Part shown: positions 1-13,284 of the stretch, piece after piece | Position numbering within the stretch: the stretch's first letter is position 1 | Layout: each line of letters begins with the position of its first letter | Assembly (NCBI RefSeq): GCF_963921235.1 | Contig: NC_086097.1 | Location: 251,598,001-251,662,000, forward strand | From: Mobula hypostoma | Taxonomy: Eukaryota | Direction: 5' to 3' | DNA length: 64,000 nt | Notes under the pieces: model-generated | What the model was told of the DNA's origin: nothing | The model's input: the letters and a program-made list of their open reading frames with translations, nothing else | The model's database searches: none | Program-made: the position numbers and the translations under genes

Positions 1-185
1 AGCGCTCCTGATAGATTTCCCCGATGGATGGTAGGGAGACCCCTATGATCCTCTCAGCTGTTCTCATAGCCCTTTGGAGGGACTTCTGGTCCAATGCTCG
101 GCTGCTCCCAGACCAGATGGAGATGCAACTTGTCAGGACGCTCTCAATGGTGTTTTTGTAAAATGCAGTTAAGATCGGGAGTGGA
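1..185 (-). mobile_element. Rex1/Babar-like LINE fragment (RT C-terminal region), cut by window start
   Basis: Minus strand reads ...TIESVLTSCISIW...RTAERIIGVSLPSIGEIY, matching the Rex1-type frame at 23149-23694. Confidence 0.6.
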
Positions 186-426
186 AGCCTTGTTTGCCAC
201 AATCTTCTTCACTGTTGTGCCTTCTTGTTCAGGGTTTTACCCTTGCAGTTCCTTAGCTTTATCCACAATGATTCAACACCTTCCTCTTTCTAGTGATTTG
301 ATTTCAGATTTTATCAACAGGGCAATGCCACCCCCTCTGTCTTCCTGCCTATCCTTTCATTACAATGTGTATCCTTGGGCATTAAACTCCCAGCTATAAT
401 CTTCTTTCAGCTATATGTTGCCTATC

Positions 427-2155
427 ACATAGAAACATAGAAAATCTACAGTACATTACAGGCCCTTCAGCCCATAAAGCTGTGCCAAACATGTTCTTAC
501 CTTAGAATTTGGCCGAGGGTTACCCAAAGCCCTCTATTTTCCTGAGCTCCAGGTACCTGTCCAGGCGTCTCTTAAAAGACCCTATCGTATCCACCTCCAC
601 CACCGTTGCCAGCAGCCCATTCCACGCACTCACCACTCTCTGTGTTTTTAAAAGAAAAGAGACAAACAAACAAACTTAACCCTGACATCTCCTTTGTACC
701 TACTTCCAAGCACCTTAAAACTCTGCCATTTTGTGTTAGCCATTTCAGCCCTGGGAAAAAGCCGCTGACTGTCTACACGATCAGTGCCTCTCATCATCTT
801 ATACACCTCTATCAGGTGACCTCACATCCTCTGTCTCTCCAAAGAGAAAAGACTCAAGTTCACTCAACCTATTCTCATAAGGCATGCACCCCAATCCAGG
901 CAACATCCTTGTAAATCTCCACTGCATCCTTTCTATGGCTTCCACATCCTTCCTGCAGTGAGGTGATCAGAACAGAACTGAGCACAGTACTCCAAGTGGG
1001 GTCTGACCAGGGTCCAATATAGCTGCAACATTACCTCTCGGCTCCTAAGTTCAATCCCATGATTGATGAAGGACAATGTAACGTATGTCTTCTAAATCAC
1101 AGAGTCAACCTGCACAGCAGCTTTGAGTGTCCTATGGACTCGGACCCCAAGATCCCTCTGATCCTCCACACTTCCAAGAGTCTTACCATTAATACTATAT
1201 TCTGCTATCATATTTGACCTACCAAAATGAACACTTCACACTTATCTGGGTTGAACTCCATCTGCCACTTCTCAGCCCAGTTTTGCATCTTATCAATGTC
1301 CCGCTGTAACCTCTGACAGCCCTCCACACTATCCACAACACCCCCAGCCTCTGTGTCATCAGCAAATTTACTAACCCATCCCTCCACTTCCTCAACCAGG
1401 TCATTTATAAAAATCATGAAGAGTAGGGGTCCCAGAACAGAAGAACAGATCCCTGAGGCACTCCACTGGTCACCGACCTCCATGCAGAATATGACCTGTC
1501 TACAACCACTTCTGTGGGCAAGCCATTTCTGGATTCACAAAGCAATGACCCCTTGGATCCCATGCCTCCTTACTTTCTTAATAAGCTTTGCATGGGGTAC
1601 CTTATCAAATGCCTTGCTGAAATCCATATACACTACATCTACTGCTCAACCATCATCAATGTGTTTAGTCACATCCTCAAAAAATTCAGTCAGGTTCATA
1701 AGGCATGACCTGCCTTTGACAAAGCCATGCTGACTATTCCTAATCATATTATGCCTCTCCAAATGTTTATAAATCCTGCCTCTCGGGATCTTCTCCATGA
1801 ACTTACTAACCATTGAAGTAAGACTCACTGGTCTATAATTTCCTGAGCTATCTGTACTCCCCTTCTTGAATAAAGGAACAACATCTGCAACCCTCCAATC
1901 TTCCAGAACCTCTCCCGTCCCCATTGATGATGCAAAGATCATCATCAGAGGCTCAGCAATCTCCTTCCTTGCCTCCCACAGTAGGCTGGTGTACATCTCG
2001 TCCGGTCCCAGTGACTTATCCAACTTGACGCTTTCCAAAAACTCCAGCACATCTTTTTTAATATCTACATGCTCAAGCTTTTCAGTCCGCTGTAAGTCAT
2101 CCCTACAATCGCCAAGATCCTTCTCCGCAGTGAATACTGAAGCAAAGTATTCTGA
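427..2155 (-). mobile_element. CR1 LINE, 3' part of ORF2 (RT) plus 3' tail
   Basis: GNYRPVSLTS, QHGFVKGRSCL, SVLGPLLF, KFADD motifs (ORFs 1646-2206, 1208-1483); (catagaaa)n tail at ~427-443. Confidence 0.92.
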
Positions 2156-2245
2156 ATATATTCTGCTTATTGAGAAAGTAAGGAGGCATGGGATCCAAGG
2201 GGTCATTGCTTTGTGGATCCAGAACTGGCTTGCCCACAGAAGGCA

Positions 2246-4122
2246 AAGTATTCTGAAGCAAAGCTAGCAAATAATATTAAAGAGGATACTAAAAGCTTGT
2301 TCAAGTATATAAAGAGTAAAAGACAGGTGAGAGTAGATATAGAACCAATAGAAAATGATGCTGGAGAAATTGTAATGGGAGATAAGGAGGTGGCAGAGGA
2401 CCTGAACGAGTACTTTGCATAATCTTCACTGAGGAAGACATCAGCGGTATACCGGACACTCAAGGGTGGCAGGGAAGAGAAGTGTGCGCAGTCACAATTA
2501 CGACAAAGAGAGTACTCAGGAAGCTGAATAGTCTAAGGATAGATAAATCTCCCGGACCAGATGGAATGCACCCTTCGTGTTCTGAAGGAAGTAGCTGTGG
2601 AGATTGCGGAGGTACTAGCAATGATCTTTCAAAAGTCGATAAATTCTGGCATGGTTCCGGAGGACTGGAAGGTTGCAAATGTCACTCTGCTATTTAAGAA
2701 GGGGGCAAGGAAGCAAAAAGGAAATTTAGACCTGTTAGCTTGACATCGGTGGTTGGGAAGCTGTTGGAGTCGATTGTCAAGGATGAGGTTACGGAGTAAT
2801 TGGAGGCATATGACAAAATAGGCAGAACTCAGCATGGTTTCCTTCAAGGAAAATCCTGCCTGACAAACCTATTGCAATTTTTTGAGGAAATTACCAGTAG
2901 GCTAGACAAGGGAGATGCAGTGGATGTTGTATACTTGGATTTTCAGAAGGCCTTTGACAAGGTGCCACACATGAGGCTGCTTAACAAGATAAGAGCCCGT
3001 GGAATTACGGGAAGTTACATATATGTGGATAGGGCGTTGGCTGATTGGCAGGAAACAGAGTGGGAATAAAGGGATCCTATTCTGGTTGTCTGCCGGTTAC
3101 CTGTGGTGTTCCACAGGGGTCCATGTTGGGGCCGCTTCTTTTTACATTGTACATCAACGATTTGGATTATGGAATAGATGGCTTTGTGGCTAAATTTGCT
3201 GATGATACGAAGATAGGTGGAGGGGCCGGTAGTGCTGAGGAAGCAGAGAGTCTGCAGAGAGACTTAGATAGATTGGAAGAATGGGCAAAGAAGTGGCAAA
3301 TGAAGTACAATGTTGGAAAGTGTATGGTTATGCACTTTGGCAGAGGAAATAAACGGGAAGACTATTATTTAAATGGGGAAAGAATTCAAAGTTCTGAGAT
3401 GCAACGGGACTTGGGAGTCCTCGTGCAGGATACCCTTAAGGTTAACCTCCAGGTTGAGTCGGTGGTGAAGAAGACGAATGCAATGTTGGCATTCATTTCT
3501 AAAAGAATAGAGTATAGGAGCAGGGATGTGATGTTGAGGCTCTATAAGGCGCTGGTAAGACCTCACTTGGGGTACTGTGGGCAGTTTTGGTCTCCTTATT
3601 TAAGAAAGGATGTGCTGACGTTGGAGAGGGTTCAGAGAAGATTCACAGAATGATTCCGGGAATGAGAGGGTTAACATATGAGGAACGTTTGACCGCTCTT
3701 GGACTGTACTCCTTGGAGTTTAGAAGAATGAGGGGGGACCCCATAGAAACATTTTGAACGTTGAAAGGCATGGACAGAGTGGATGTGGCAAAATTGTTTC
3801 CCATGATGGGGGAGTCTAGTACGAGACAGCATGACTCAAGGATTGAAGGACACCCATTCAGAACAGAGATGCGAAGAAATTTTTTTAACCAGAGGGTGGT
3901 GAATCAATGGAATTTGTTGCCACGGGCGGCAGTGGAGGCCAAGTCATTGGGTGTATTTAAGGCAGAGATTGATAGGTATCTGAGTAGCCACGGCATCAAA
4001 GGTGATGGTGAGAAGGCGGGGGAGTGGGACTAAATGGGAGAATGGATCAGCTCATGATAAAATGGCGGAGCAGACTCGATGGGCCGAATGGCCGACTTCT
4101 GCTCCTTTGTCTTATGGTCTTA
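2246..4122 (+). mobile_element. 5'-truncated CR1 LINE inserted in opposite orientation into the minus-strand CR1
   Basis: KSPGPDG, YLDFQKAFDKVPH, GVPQGSMLGPLLF, FADD; ends in cttatggtcttat tail; host breaks at 'aagtattc' (~2152) and resumes at 'tattcattaac' (4121). Confidence 0.92.
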
Positions 4123-5900
4123 TTCATTAACTACCTCCGCTCCCTCCTCCGGTTCCATACACACTTTTCCACTGTCACACTTCATTGGTCCTATTCTCTC
4201 ACGTCTTATCCTCTTGCTCTTCACATACTTGTAGAATGCCTTAGGGTTTTCCTTAATCCTGCTTGCCAAGGCCTTCTCATGGCCCCTTCTGGCTCTCCTA
4301 TTTTCATTCTAAAGCTCCTTCATGCTGGACTTATAATCTCCCAGATCTCTATCGTTACCTAGTTTTTTTGGATCTTTCGTAAGTTCTTCTTTTCTCCTTG
4401 ACTAGATTTACAAAGCCTTTGTACACCGTGGTTCCTGTACCCTACCATCTTTTCCCTGTTTCTTTGGAAAGTACCTATGCAGAGCTCCATGCAAATATCT
4501 CCTGAACATTTGCCACATTTCTTCCGTACATTTCCCTGAGAACATCTGTTCCCAATTTATGCTTCCAAGTTTCTGCCTGATAACCTCATACTTCCCCTTA
4601 CTGCAATTGAACACTTTCCTAACTTATCTGTTCCTATCCCTCTCCAATGCTACGTAAGGAGATAGAATTGTAATCACTATCTCCAAAATGCTCTCATACT
4701 GAGAGATCTGACACCTGACCAGGTTCATTTCCCAGTTTCAGATCAAGTACAGCCTCTCCTCTTGTAGGCTTATCTACATATGGTGTCAAGAAACCTTTCT
4801 GAACACACCTAACAAACTCCACCCCACCTAAACCCCTCGCTCCAGGAAGATGCCAATCGATATTTGGGAAATTTAAATCTCCCACCACGACAACCCTGTT
4901 ATTATTACACCTTTCCAGAATCTGTCTCCCTATCTGCTCCTTCATGTCCCTGTTACTATTGGGTGGTCTATAAAAAAAACATAAAGTAGAGTTATTGACC
5001 CCTTCCTGTTTTTAACTTCCACTCACAGAGACTCAGTAGACCCCACCCCTTTTGCCTCCCTCCCTGTCCTTTGTGAAACATCTAAAGCCTGGCACTCGAA
5101 GTAACCATTCCTGCCCCTGAGCCGTCCAAGTCTCTGTAATGGCCACAACATCGTAGCTCCAAGTACTGATCCATGCTCTAAGCTCATCTGCTTTGTTCAT
5201 AATACTCCTTGCATTAAAACAGACACATCTCAAACCATCAGTCTGAGCATGTCCCTTCTTGATCACCTGCCTATCCTCCTTCTCGCACTGTCTCCAAGCT
5301 TTCTCTATTTGTGAACCAACCGCCTCTTCCTCTGTCTCTTCAGTTCGGCTCCCACCCCCCAGCGATTCTAGTTTAAACTCTCCCCACCAGGGTATTGGTC
5401 CCCCTGGGATTCACGTGCAACCCGTCCTTTTTGTACAGGTCACACCTGCCCCAAAAGAGGTCCCAATGATCCAGAAATCTGAATCCCTGCCCCCTGCTCC
5501 AATCCTTCAGCTACGCATTTATCCTCCACCTCATTCTATTACTATACTCACTGTCACGTGGCACAGGCAGTAATCCCGAGATTTCTACCTGTGAGGTCCT
5601 TCTCAACTTCCTTCCTAACTCCCTGTAGTCTGTTTTCAGGACCTCCTTCCTTTTCCTACCAATGTCATTGGTACCAATAAGTACCATGGCTGATATCCTT
5701 CCCATTTCAGGATATCATGGATGCAATCAGAAATATCCCGGACCCTGGCACCTGAGAGGCAAACTACCATCTGTATTTCTTTCCTGCGTCCACAGAATCG
5801 CCTGTCTGACCCCCTAACTATAGAGTCCCCTATCACTGCTGCCATCCTCTTCCTTTCCCTACCCTTCTGAGCCACAGGGTCAGACTCCGTGCCAGAGTCA
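4121..5900 (-). mobile_element. CR1 LINE, 5' continuation: APE endonuclease of ORF2 and SGNH-esterase ORF1
   Basis: CFNARSIMNK..VAITETW, VVGDLNFPNIDW (endonuclease); VIGDSIVRG, GARVRD, IGTND, ISGLLPVPR (ORF1 esterase). Confidence 0.9.
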
Positions 5901-5919
5901 TACATGCCAATCTGTAACT

Positions 5920-6545
5920 ATGCTACAAGTTCATCGACCTTATTCTGTCTGCTGCGTGCATTCAAATACAACACCTTCAGTCCTGTATTCATTCTTTTTG
6001 ATGTTGTCTGCCTTTTATGTTGCAGCCCATCCTGTTGATTGTAATTTTGCCGTATCAACAGCCTCTCCTCACTACACATTGCCTCTGTTTGTAAACCAGC
6101 TACCTCACCTTCAGCACTACCATTCTGATTCCAATCCCCCTGCCAAATTAGTTTAAATCCTCCTGAACAATGCTAGCCAACCTGCTCGCAAGGATAGTAG
6201 ATCCCCTCTGCTTCAAGTGTAACCCGTCCTTTTTGTACAGGTCTTACCTTCCCCAGAAGAGAACCCAGTGACTAGTAAATCTGAACCACTGCTTCCTGCA
6301 CCAGTTCCTCAGCCACGCATTCACCTGCGAAATCATCCTATTCCTCCCCTCACTGGTGCGTGTCACAGGCAGCAATCCAGAGATTTCCAATTTGGAGGTC
6401 CCTGTTTCTCAGCGTTCTACCTAGCTTCCTGAAATCTCGCTTCAGGATCTCTTCAGCTTGTCTACCGATGTCATTGGTGCCAATTGTACCAGGACTTCAG
6501 GCTGCTCACCCTTGCCCTTGAGAGTGCCATGGACTCAATCCAAGA
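5920..6545 (-). mobile_element. Older CR1 ORF1 fragment
   Basis: 6120-6480 is a diverged copy of the ORF1 region at 5350-5680 (aacccgtcctttttgtacaggtc, atgtcattggt). Confidence 0.7.
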
Positions 6546-7930
6546 CAACATTGACTTCATCAACTTTGCCTCCAACTTCCATCCTGCCCTCAAATTTACC
6601 TTGTCTATTTCCAACATCTTCCTCGCCTCTCAATTTTTCTGTCTCTATCTCTGGAGACAGTTTATCCACTGGTATCTTTTATAAACCCACTGATTCTCAC
6701 AGCTACCTGGAATATGCTTGTTTCCTGTCACTTATAAAAATGCCATCCCCTTATCTCAATTCCTCTATCTCTGGCGCATCTGCTCTCAGGATGAGGCATT
6801 TCATTCCAGAACTAATGAGATGTCCTCCTCCTTCAAAGAAAAAGGTTTTCCTTCCTCCACCATCAACGCTGCCCTCACCCAAATCTCTTCCATTTCACAT
6901 ACATATGCCTTCACCCCATCCACCCACCACCTCATCAAGGAAGGGGTCTCTCTTGCCCTTGCCTACCACCCAATCAACCTCCACGTCCGTCACGTAATTC
7001 TCCATAACTTCCACCATCTCCAACGGGATCCCACCACCAAGTACATCTTTACCTCCCTCGCACCACCTGCTTGCTGCAAGGATCACTCCCTACGCGACTC
7101 CCTTGTCCATTCATCTGTTCCCACTGATCCCTCTCCTGCACTTGTCCTTGCAAACAAGTGCCACACCTGCCCCTCCTCCTCCTCCCTCACTACCATTCAG
7201 GGCCCCAAACAGTCCTTCAGGTGAAGTGACACTTCACCTGTGAGTCTGTTAGGGTCATCTACTGTATCCAGTGCTCCCAGTGTGGCCTCCTGTACATTGG
7301 TGATACCAACACAGACTGGGAGACTGCTGCGTGGAGAACCCACGCTCCATCCGCCAGAAAAAGCAGGATTGCCCAGTGGTCATCCATTTCAATTCTACTT
7401 CCCATTCCCATTCCGACACATCAGTCCACGGCCGCCTCTACTGTTGTGATGAGGCCACACTCAGGTTGGAAGAGCAACACCTTATATTCTGTCTGGGTAG
7501 TCCCCAAGCCGATGGCATGAACATCGATTTCTCAAACTTTTGGTAATTGTGCCACCCCCCTCCCCCTTCACTATTCCCTCTCTCTCATCTTCCCTCATTA
7601 CCTGCCCATCACCACTCTCTGGTGCTCCTCCCCCTTTCCCTTTTTTCCATGGTCTTCTGTCCTCTCCTATCAGATTCCCCCTTCTCCAGCCCTGTATCTT
7701 TTTTATGAATCAATTTCTCAGCTCTTTACTTCATCCCTCCCCCTCTCCCAGTTTCACCTATCACCTACTACCTTGTACTCTTCCTCTCCTCCCCACCTTC
7801 TTACTCCGACTTTTAATATCTTCGTTCCAGTCCTGATGAAGGGTCTCGGCCCAAAGTGTCAACTGTTTATTCTTTCCCATTGATGCTGCCGGGCCTGCTG
7901 AATTCCTCCAGTATTTTGCATGTGTTGCCA
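6545..7930 (+). mobile_element. Decayed Penelope-like element (RT C-terminus, GIY-YIG, 3' tail)
   Basis: FYKPTDSHSYL, AIPLSQFL, LEEQHLIF, GMNIDFSNF; homologous to 27940-29395; degenerate hammerhead at 7828-7865. Confidence 0.88.
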
Positions 7931-8324
7931 TTCTCACTAAACTGCCATGCCCTAACAAACGAGGAATGAACTGATAAGAACAGAAAGAGAGTAATTTGTA
8001 AGATACTTTACCTCACCCAAGCCTGAGCCTTATGAGGCAAAGTCACTCTGAACACTGTACACTGAAAGGAATGGCCACTCTCCTTGCACCTGTACTATTT
8101 TTATTGGCCCTTGCTGATGAATCCCTCTCGCTCCTCAACTCAGAGATGCTGCCTTTAAAATCTCAGTCAGAGACTCAGAGAATCTGCCTTTAAAATCTCA
8201 GTCTCTGTCCTGATTGAAAGCCAGCTCTTTCACAGACTCCCTGACACCGATTGTACCACTTAGAGAAAACTGCCGCAAAGCTCTGCTTATTCAATCTTGA
8301 ACACAGACCTGACTGAAAGTTACC

Positions 8325-8660
8325 CTTCCTCCTTCCCTTTCTCCCACAGTCCACTCTCCTCTGGTGTCAGATTCCTTCTTCAGCCCTTTACCTCTCCCAC
8401 CTTTTATCTCCAGCTTCTTATTTCATCCCTCTCCTCCCCCACCCACCTGGCTTCACCTATCACCTTCTAGCTCGAAATTCTTCCCTTCCCACCCCCACCT
8501 CTTTATTCTGGCTTCTTCCCCCTCCCTTTCCAGTCCTGAAGAAGCCTCTCTGCCCAAAAAGTCAACTTTATTTCCATAGATGCTGCCTGACCTGCTGAGT
8601 TCCTCCAGTATTTTGTGTGTGTTGCTTTGGATTTCCAGCATCTGCAGGATCTCTTGTGTT
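8325..8660 (+). mobile_element. Penelope 3'-tail fragment
   Basis: Pyrimidine-rich segment, degenerate hammerhead at 8531-8567, then gatgctgcctgacctgctgagttcctccag...atttccagcatctgcag tail. Confidence 0.75.
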
Positions 8661-8685
8661 AATGATTTTAAAAATTTGTCACCAG

Positions 8686-8850
8686 ATCTACCAGGTCTAC
8701 TCCAGGAGATCTGCAGAAGATATTTATATGATTCTCACATCATACAAAGCCAACTATGTTATCATCGAGGAGGGAATTTGTAATGACATGGGTTCACTTT
8801 CAGTGAAAGGCTGCCGAGTCAAGGATTTGGTGGATGTTGCGAATGGCCAT
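8686..8850 (+). CDS. DPY19L4: DPY19L4 (C-mannosyltransferase family), penultimate coding exon
   Basis: ccag|ATC...CAT|gtaagt, 165 nt, phase 0/0; [55 protein letters not shown] closely matches the DPY19L4 C-terminal region as I recall it. Confidence 0.92.
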
Positions 8851-9196
8851 GTAAGTTTGATCTAAAATCTATTTTCCAAGTATTTGCATATTAGTTGGAC
8901 AGAACGACAGAGGTACAACTTGGTTATGTCCGGAAAATATCCACAAAGTAGAAGTAAAGGTGAAAGGTGAAGCGTTTAGGGGGAACATGAGGGGTAGGGT
9001 AGCTTTCTCACTCAGAGTGTGGAACGAGCTGACAGCGGTAGTGGTTGATTGCAATGTTTAAGAGAAGTTTGAATAAGTATGGATGTGTGGGGGAGGCATT
9101 GGGGCTTCTACGTTTATTGTTCTTTGTTTTGTGGATTTCTGTGAAAAGGACAAATTTCAGGTTGTATACTGTATACGTACATTAGTGTTAAGGTAC

Positions 9197-12100
9197 GTTA
9201 TGTAGGACTAGATATTAATATCCCTTGCACTCCTGAGACGTGCTGCGTAGACTCTGTGGGGTGGCCAAGTCAGTGGTGGCATCTTCTGGGTTATCAAGTG
9301 GGCGCCCTCTTTCCTCAGTGTTTCACTGATAGGCCCACGACACCTCCGGAGGGTTCAGCAGTGAACTCCGGCATCCTGGGCTCACCCCCTAGATGCCTTT
9401 CACTCACTTGGGGGCCCAGATGGAATCCTTTCTCTTCATCCAGAGCCACTGACTACACTTTTCAGCAGCTCTGGAGAGGTCTTTGACTGCTTGTCGGTGC
9501 GTCTTCCCTCACACTCCCAGCTCCCGGAGTAGCCTTGATGTTGATGTGGCTACAAGCCCTCTGCAGCCTACTTCGACCGGTCGGACCCTTGCTTTCCAGC
9601 CATGTTGTTGTGCATCGGCTGCAAGCTCACCATACCTCAGCTTCTTGCGCTCGTAGGCCTCCTCCACTGCATTCTCCCAGGGCACTGTAAGCTCGATGAT
9701 GTAAACGAGATGGAGTGAGGCCGACCATAGCACAAGGTCTGGTCTGAGGTTGGTTTCTGCGATTTCAGTTGGGAAGCAGAGCCTCTGGCCTAAGTCTGCC
9801 ACCTTCTTCCAATCATGTGCCCTGCCTAGCCGCCCGGTGTCTGGTCTCGATGTATCGAGTCTGGCTTGACCCTCACCTTCCCAGACAAATGCTGTTAATG
9901 GCCAGTGGGATGAAGGGGGAGGAAGAGCGTTGACGCTCATCTGCTGACTTTCCAGCACAACTGCAAGACACCGTAACACCTGGTTGTGCTGCCAGGTGTA
10001 TCGGCCTTGAGTAAGGCTGGTCTTGCATCCCACCGGCATGTGTTTTAGTGTTGCTGAAGTTGGGCAGAGGGAGCATGTGGGGTCCTCTCCATAGCACTGG
10101 CTGGGATTCATGGGAGACAGCAAGACATTGTAGGCAGCCCTGATGGTGAAGCTCGCTCTGAATGTCCCCATCTCCCACCGCTCTTTCCAGGAGATGTTTC
10201 TTTTCTCCACTCCCTCCCATCTCATCCATTGCCCCTGCCTTACCTGAGTGAGGGCCTTTGCGCACCTTACCGCCGCCTCCTGCCGACGTATCTCCTGTGT
10301 CATGAGCCTGCATCTCTGAGACGGAGCAGCCTTGTTCCAGGCTGGTGTACTGTCCCCAAGGCCATGACCGCTCCTCCCGTGCTGCACGCGGCCCACGATG
10401 TCCCTGTGCTCGAGTGCCACCTCTGCTTGCTCGGCTGCTTCTGATGGAGTCCATTTCCTCCAGGATCCAGGATGCGGCAGCTTGTGCTACAAATGGATCA
10501 CTCACCTCTGGTAACATCATCTCCAGTCTTACTTTGGCGCACTTGTACTCCTCTGAAAGACTGGAAATGGGTAGCTCTAGGACTCCCTTGCCGTAGAGCC
10601 CTATGCTGCTGAGGTACCTGGGAAAACCAGGCCACTTCCTTACGCATGAGCTGATCAGTCTCCCCAGCTTTTCCACCTTCGAGATTGGAACCTCATACAG
10701 GGTTAGTGGCCATATGAGAGGTGGAAGGAGCCCAAATTGCATACACCAGAGCTTCAATTCGCCAGGGAGTGTGGTTCTGTCGGTGCACTCAAGGCCACTG
10801 ACAGCATCCTTCCTGAGCTGATCTACCTGCTCTGTGTCTTTGAGGGATGCGTTATACCACCGACCTAGGCTCTTCACAGGCTTCTCGAAGACTGTTGGAA
10901 TCGTCTCATCGCCCATGTAGAAGCGTTGGTCTACCAGCTTCCCCTTGACGATAGAGATGCTTCTGGACTTGCTCAGCTTGATCTTCAGCCGAACCTGCTC
11001 GACGTTCTCTTGAAGCTTTCTCAACAGCCGTACAGTACAAGCCTTGGTCGTGGTGAGTGTTGTGAGATCGTCCATGTACACTCGGGTAGGCGGCAGCCTC
11101 AGGCCAGGTCTTATGTGCTGTCCTCCAACCCCCCATCAAGATGCTCTGATGATCACCTCCATGGCCATGGTGAAGGCTAACAGGGAGATGGTACAACCGG
11201 CCATGATTCCCACTTCCAGAAGTTGCCACACTGTGGTGTAACCTGCAAACATAGCTGCACGTCCTGGAAGTAGGCCTTAACGAGGCATGTGAGGGCCACT
11301 GGGACCCTGAAGAAGTCGAAAACAGTCCAGAGGAGGTTAGGAGGGACTGAGCCGAAGGCGTTGGCGAGGTCCAGGAACACCACGTGAAGATCTTTTCCCT
11401 CCTCCTTGGCGACCTGGATCTGATGACAGATGGTGCAAGCGTGTTCCAGACAGCCAGAGAAGCCCGCAATCCCTGCTTTCTGCATTGATGTATCAATCAG
11501 ATGGTTCCTTTGCAGATATCTTGACAGCCTATGAGCCACCACACTAAAGAAGATTTTGCCGTCGAAATTTAGGAGACTAATCTGGCGGAATTGGCTGATT
11601 TCTGATGAACCCTTTTCCTTTGGGATCAGGATTCCTCTGGCTCTCTGCCAGGATGTTGGTAAGTCCTGCTTACGCCATACCACCTTCATGAGCCTCCAGA
11701 GGAACCTGGTGCATTTTTGTAGAGCCTGTATGGCACTCCATTGGGACCTGGGGCTGATGCGGCCTTTGCTCTGTGCACAATTTTCTCCACCTCACTCCAC
11801 CTAGGTGGGCTGCTATTTAGTTGGTGTTCCGGTGGATGGATTGGTGGCATGTCAGGTGAGAGGGTGATCTCTTCGTGGCGTTGGTTGTCTGTGTGTAACT
11901 TTTCCAGTTCTGCCTTTGATACTGAGAGACTTCCAGTCTTCTCCCCTGTGAAGAGACCCTTCACAAACTTGAAGGGATCTTTAACAAAACTTGTTCTTGT
12001 CCGCTCCCTCTTCCTGCGCTTCCTTACCAGGTTCTCAGCTCTCCTCAGTGTCACGACCCTGCTCCGGATGTCTGCTTGCAACAGGTTTATGCCTTCCTTC

Positions 12101-12787
12101 TCCTCCTCTGTGGCCTTCCTCCATTGTTTCTTCAGCTGCCTCCTCTCTCTGACTGGACGATCTATTTCCTTCTGCCTCCTGGACTTAGTGGGGATCATCG
12201 ATGTAGTTTTCTTCCTCTAGCACTCCAAAACGTCCTGCTCCATAGCCATAGATTAATTCCCCCATTCTTTCCAACTTCTTCATGGTGGTGCCTCTGAGCG
12301 TCTCTAAGATGTTGGAGAGGTCAGCATTGACCTCCTCCCACATTGTCTTCTCACAGGATTTTGGCCAGTTGATCAACAGCTTTCGCCCGGGATCTTCTTT
12401 TCCGTAGCAGGTTGTAATGGCCTGGGTTTGGGTTGCCCTCCTGTGCCCTGCTCTTCCTCTGCTGGAACAGGGCTATTGATGTCCCGAAGACTTTGGGGTT
12501 TTGTCCTGTTGTTGATCTTCAGTCGACTGACTCGACCTACTTCTCAAAAAGTAGCTGTCGATGCGAGGTCCCTGTTGCCCCTTCTTCAGGCATCCTGTCC
12601 TGCCCTGATGTATTTTCAGGCCTGTAGTGGAAGTGACCTTTGCCCAGCCACAGATGCAACTCTGGAGCTTGTGTCCTGCTGCAGCCTCAGGCATGCTGAT
12701 CATCCAACTGATTGTCTGTTCCATTCCTGTGGCAGTTGCTGGGTTGTCTACCGATGAGTCATCCTCCGCCCCCGCTCTCGCTGACTC
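9197..12787 (-). mobile_element. Near full-length HERO-type (R2 group, restriction-like endonuclease) non-LTR retrotransposon, frameshifted
   Basis: N-terminal zinc finger CICGWAKVTSTTGLKIHQGRTGC; RT motifs FRQISLLN, DLANAFGSV, YMDD; knuckle CSLCPTSATLKHMPVGC; RLE motif RPDLVLW..IIELTVPWE..ERKKLRY. Confidence 0.88.
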
Positions 12788-13284
12788 ACCTTGAAACTTG
12801 AGGGGTACGGAGGGCTATGGTGCAGATGCGGGTCGATGGTACTAAACAGAATAGCAGTTCAGTATGGACTAGATGGACCGAAGGGCCCGTTTCTGCACTG
12901 CCGTGCTCTACAACTTTATGAAGAGAGATTGTTCCTTGTTTTTTTGTGAGGAGGTTCCTGTCTTGTATTTACTTCTCAGATTTAACCTTTTGAATCTGAA
13001 ATCTAAAAAGCAGCAGATGTATGAAACTTGATGCAAAATGCTTGAAGCTCAATTTAATATTTTGAAAACTGAAAAAACAGCAGCTGCTTGAAACCCGAGG
13101 TAAAATGCTGAAGGCTTAGCAGGTCAAACATCATTTGTGAAGATAGAAACCAGAAACTAATTCTTCAGTTTGCAGAGTGGGAACAGCTACTGATAAAAAT
13201 GTATCTCTGATAGGTGGAGACCAGGGCTGATCGGGTAGGACAATTGTTTTCCATTGAGTTAACTATTGCTGATATAGTTGTAGG

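Noticed and set aside
9211..9222. 12-bp palindrome gatattaatatc near the HERO 3' end
   Set aside because: Short and AT-rich; plausible by chance
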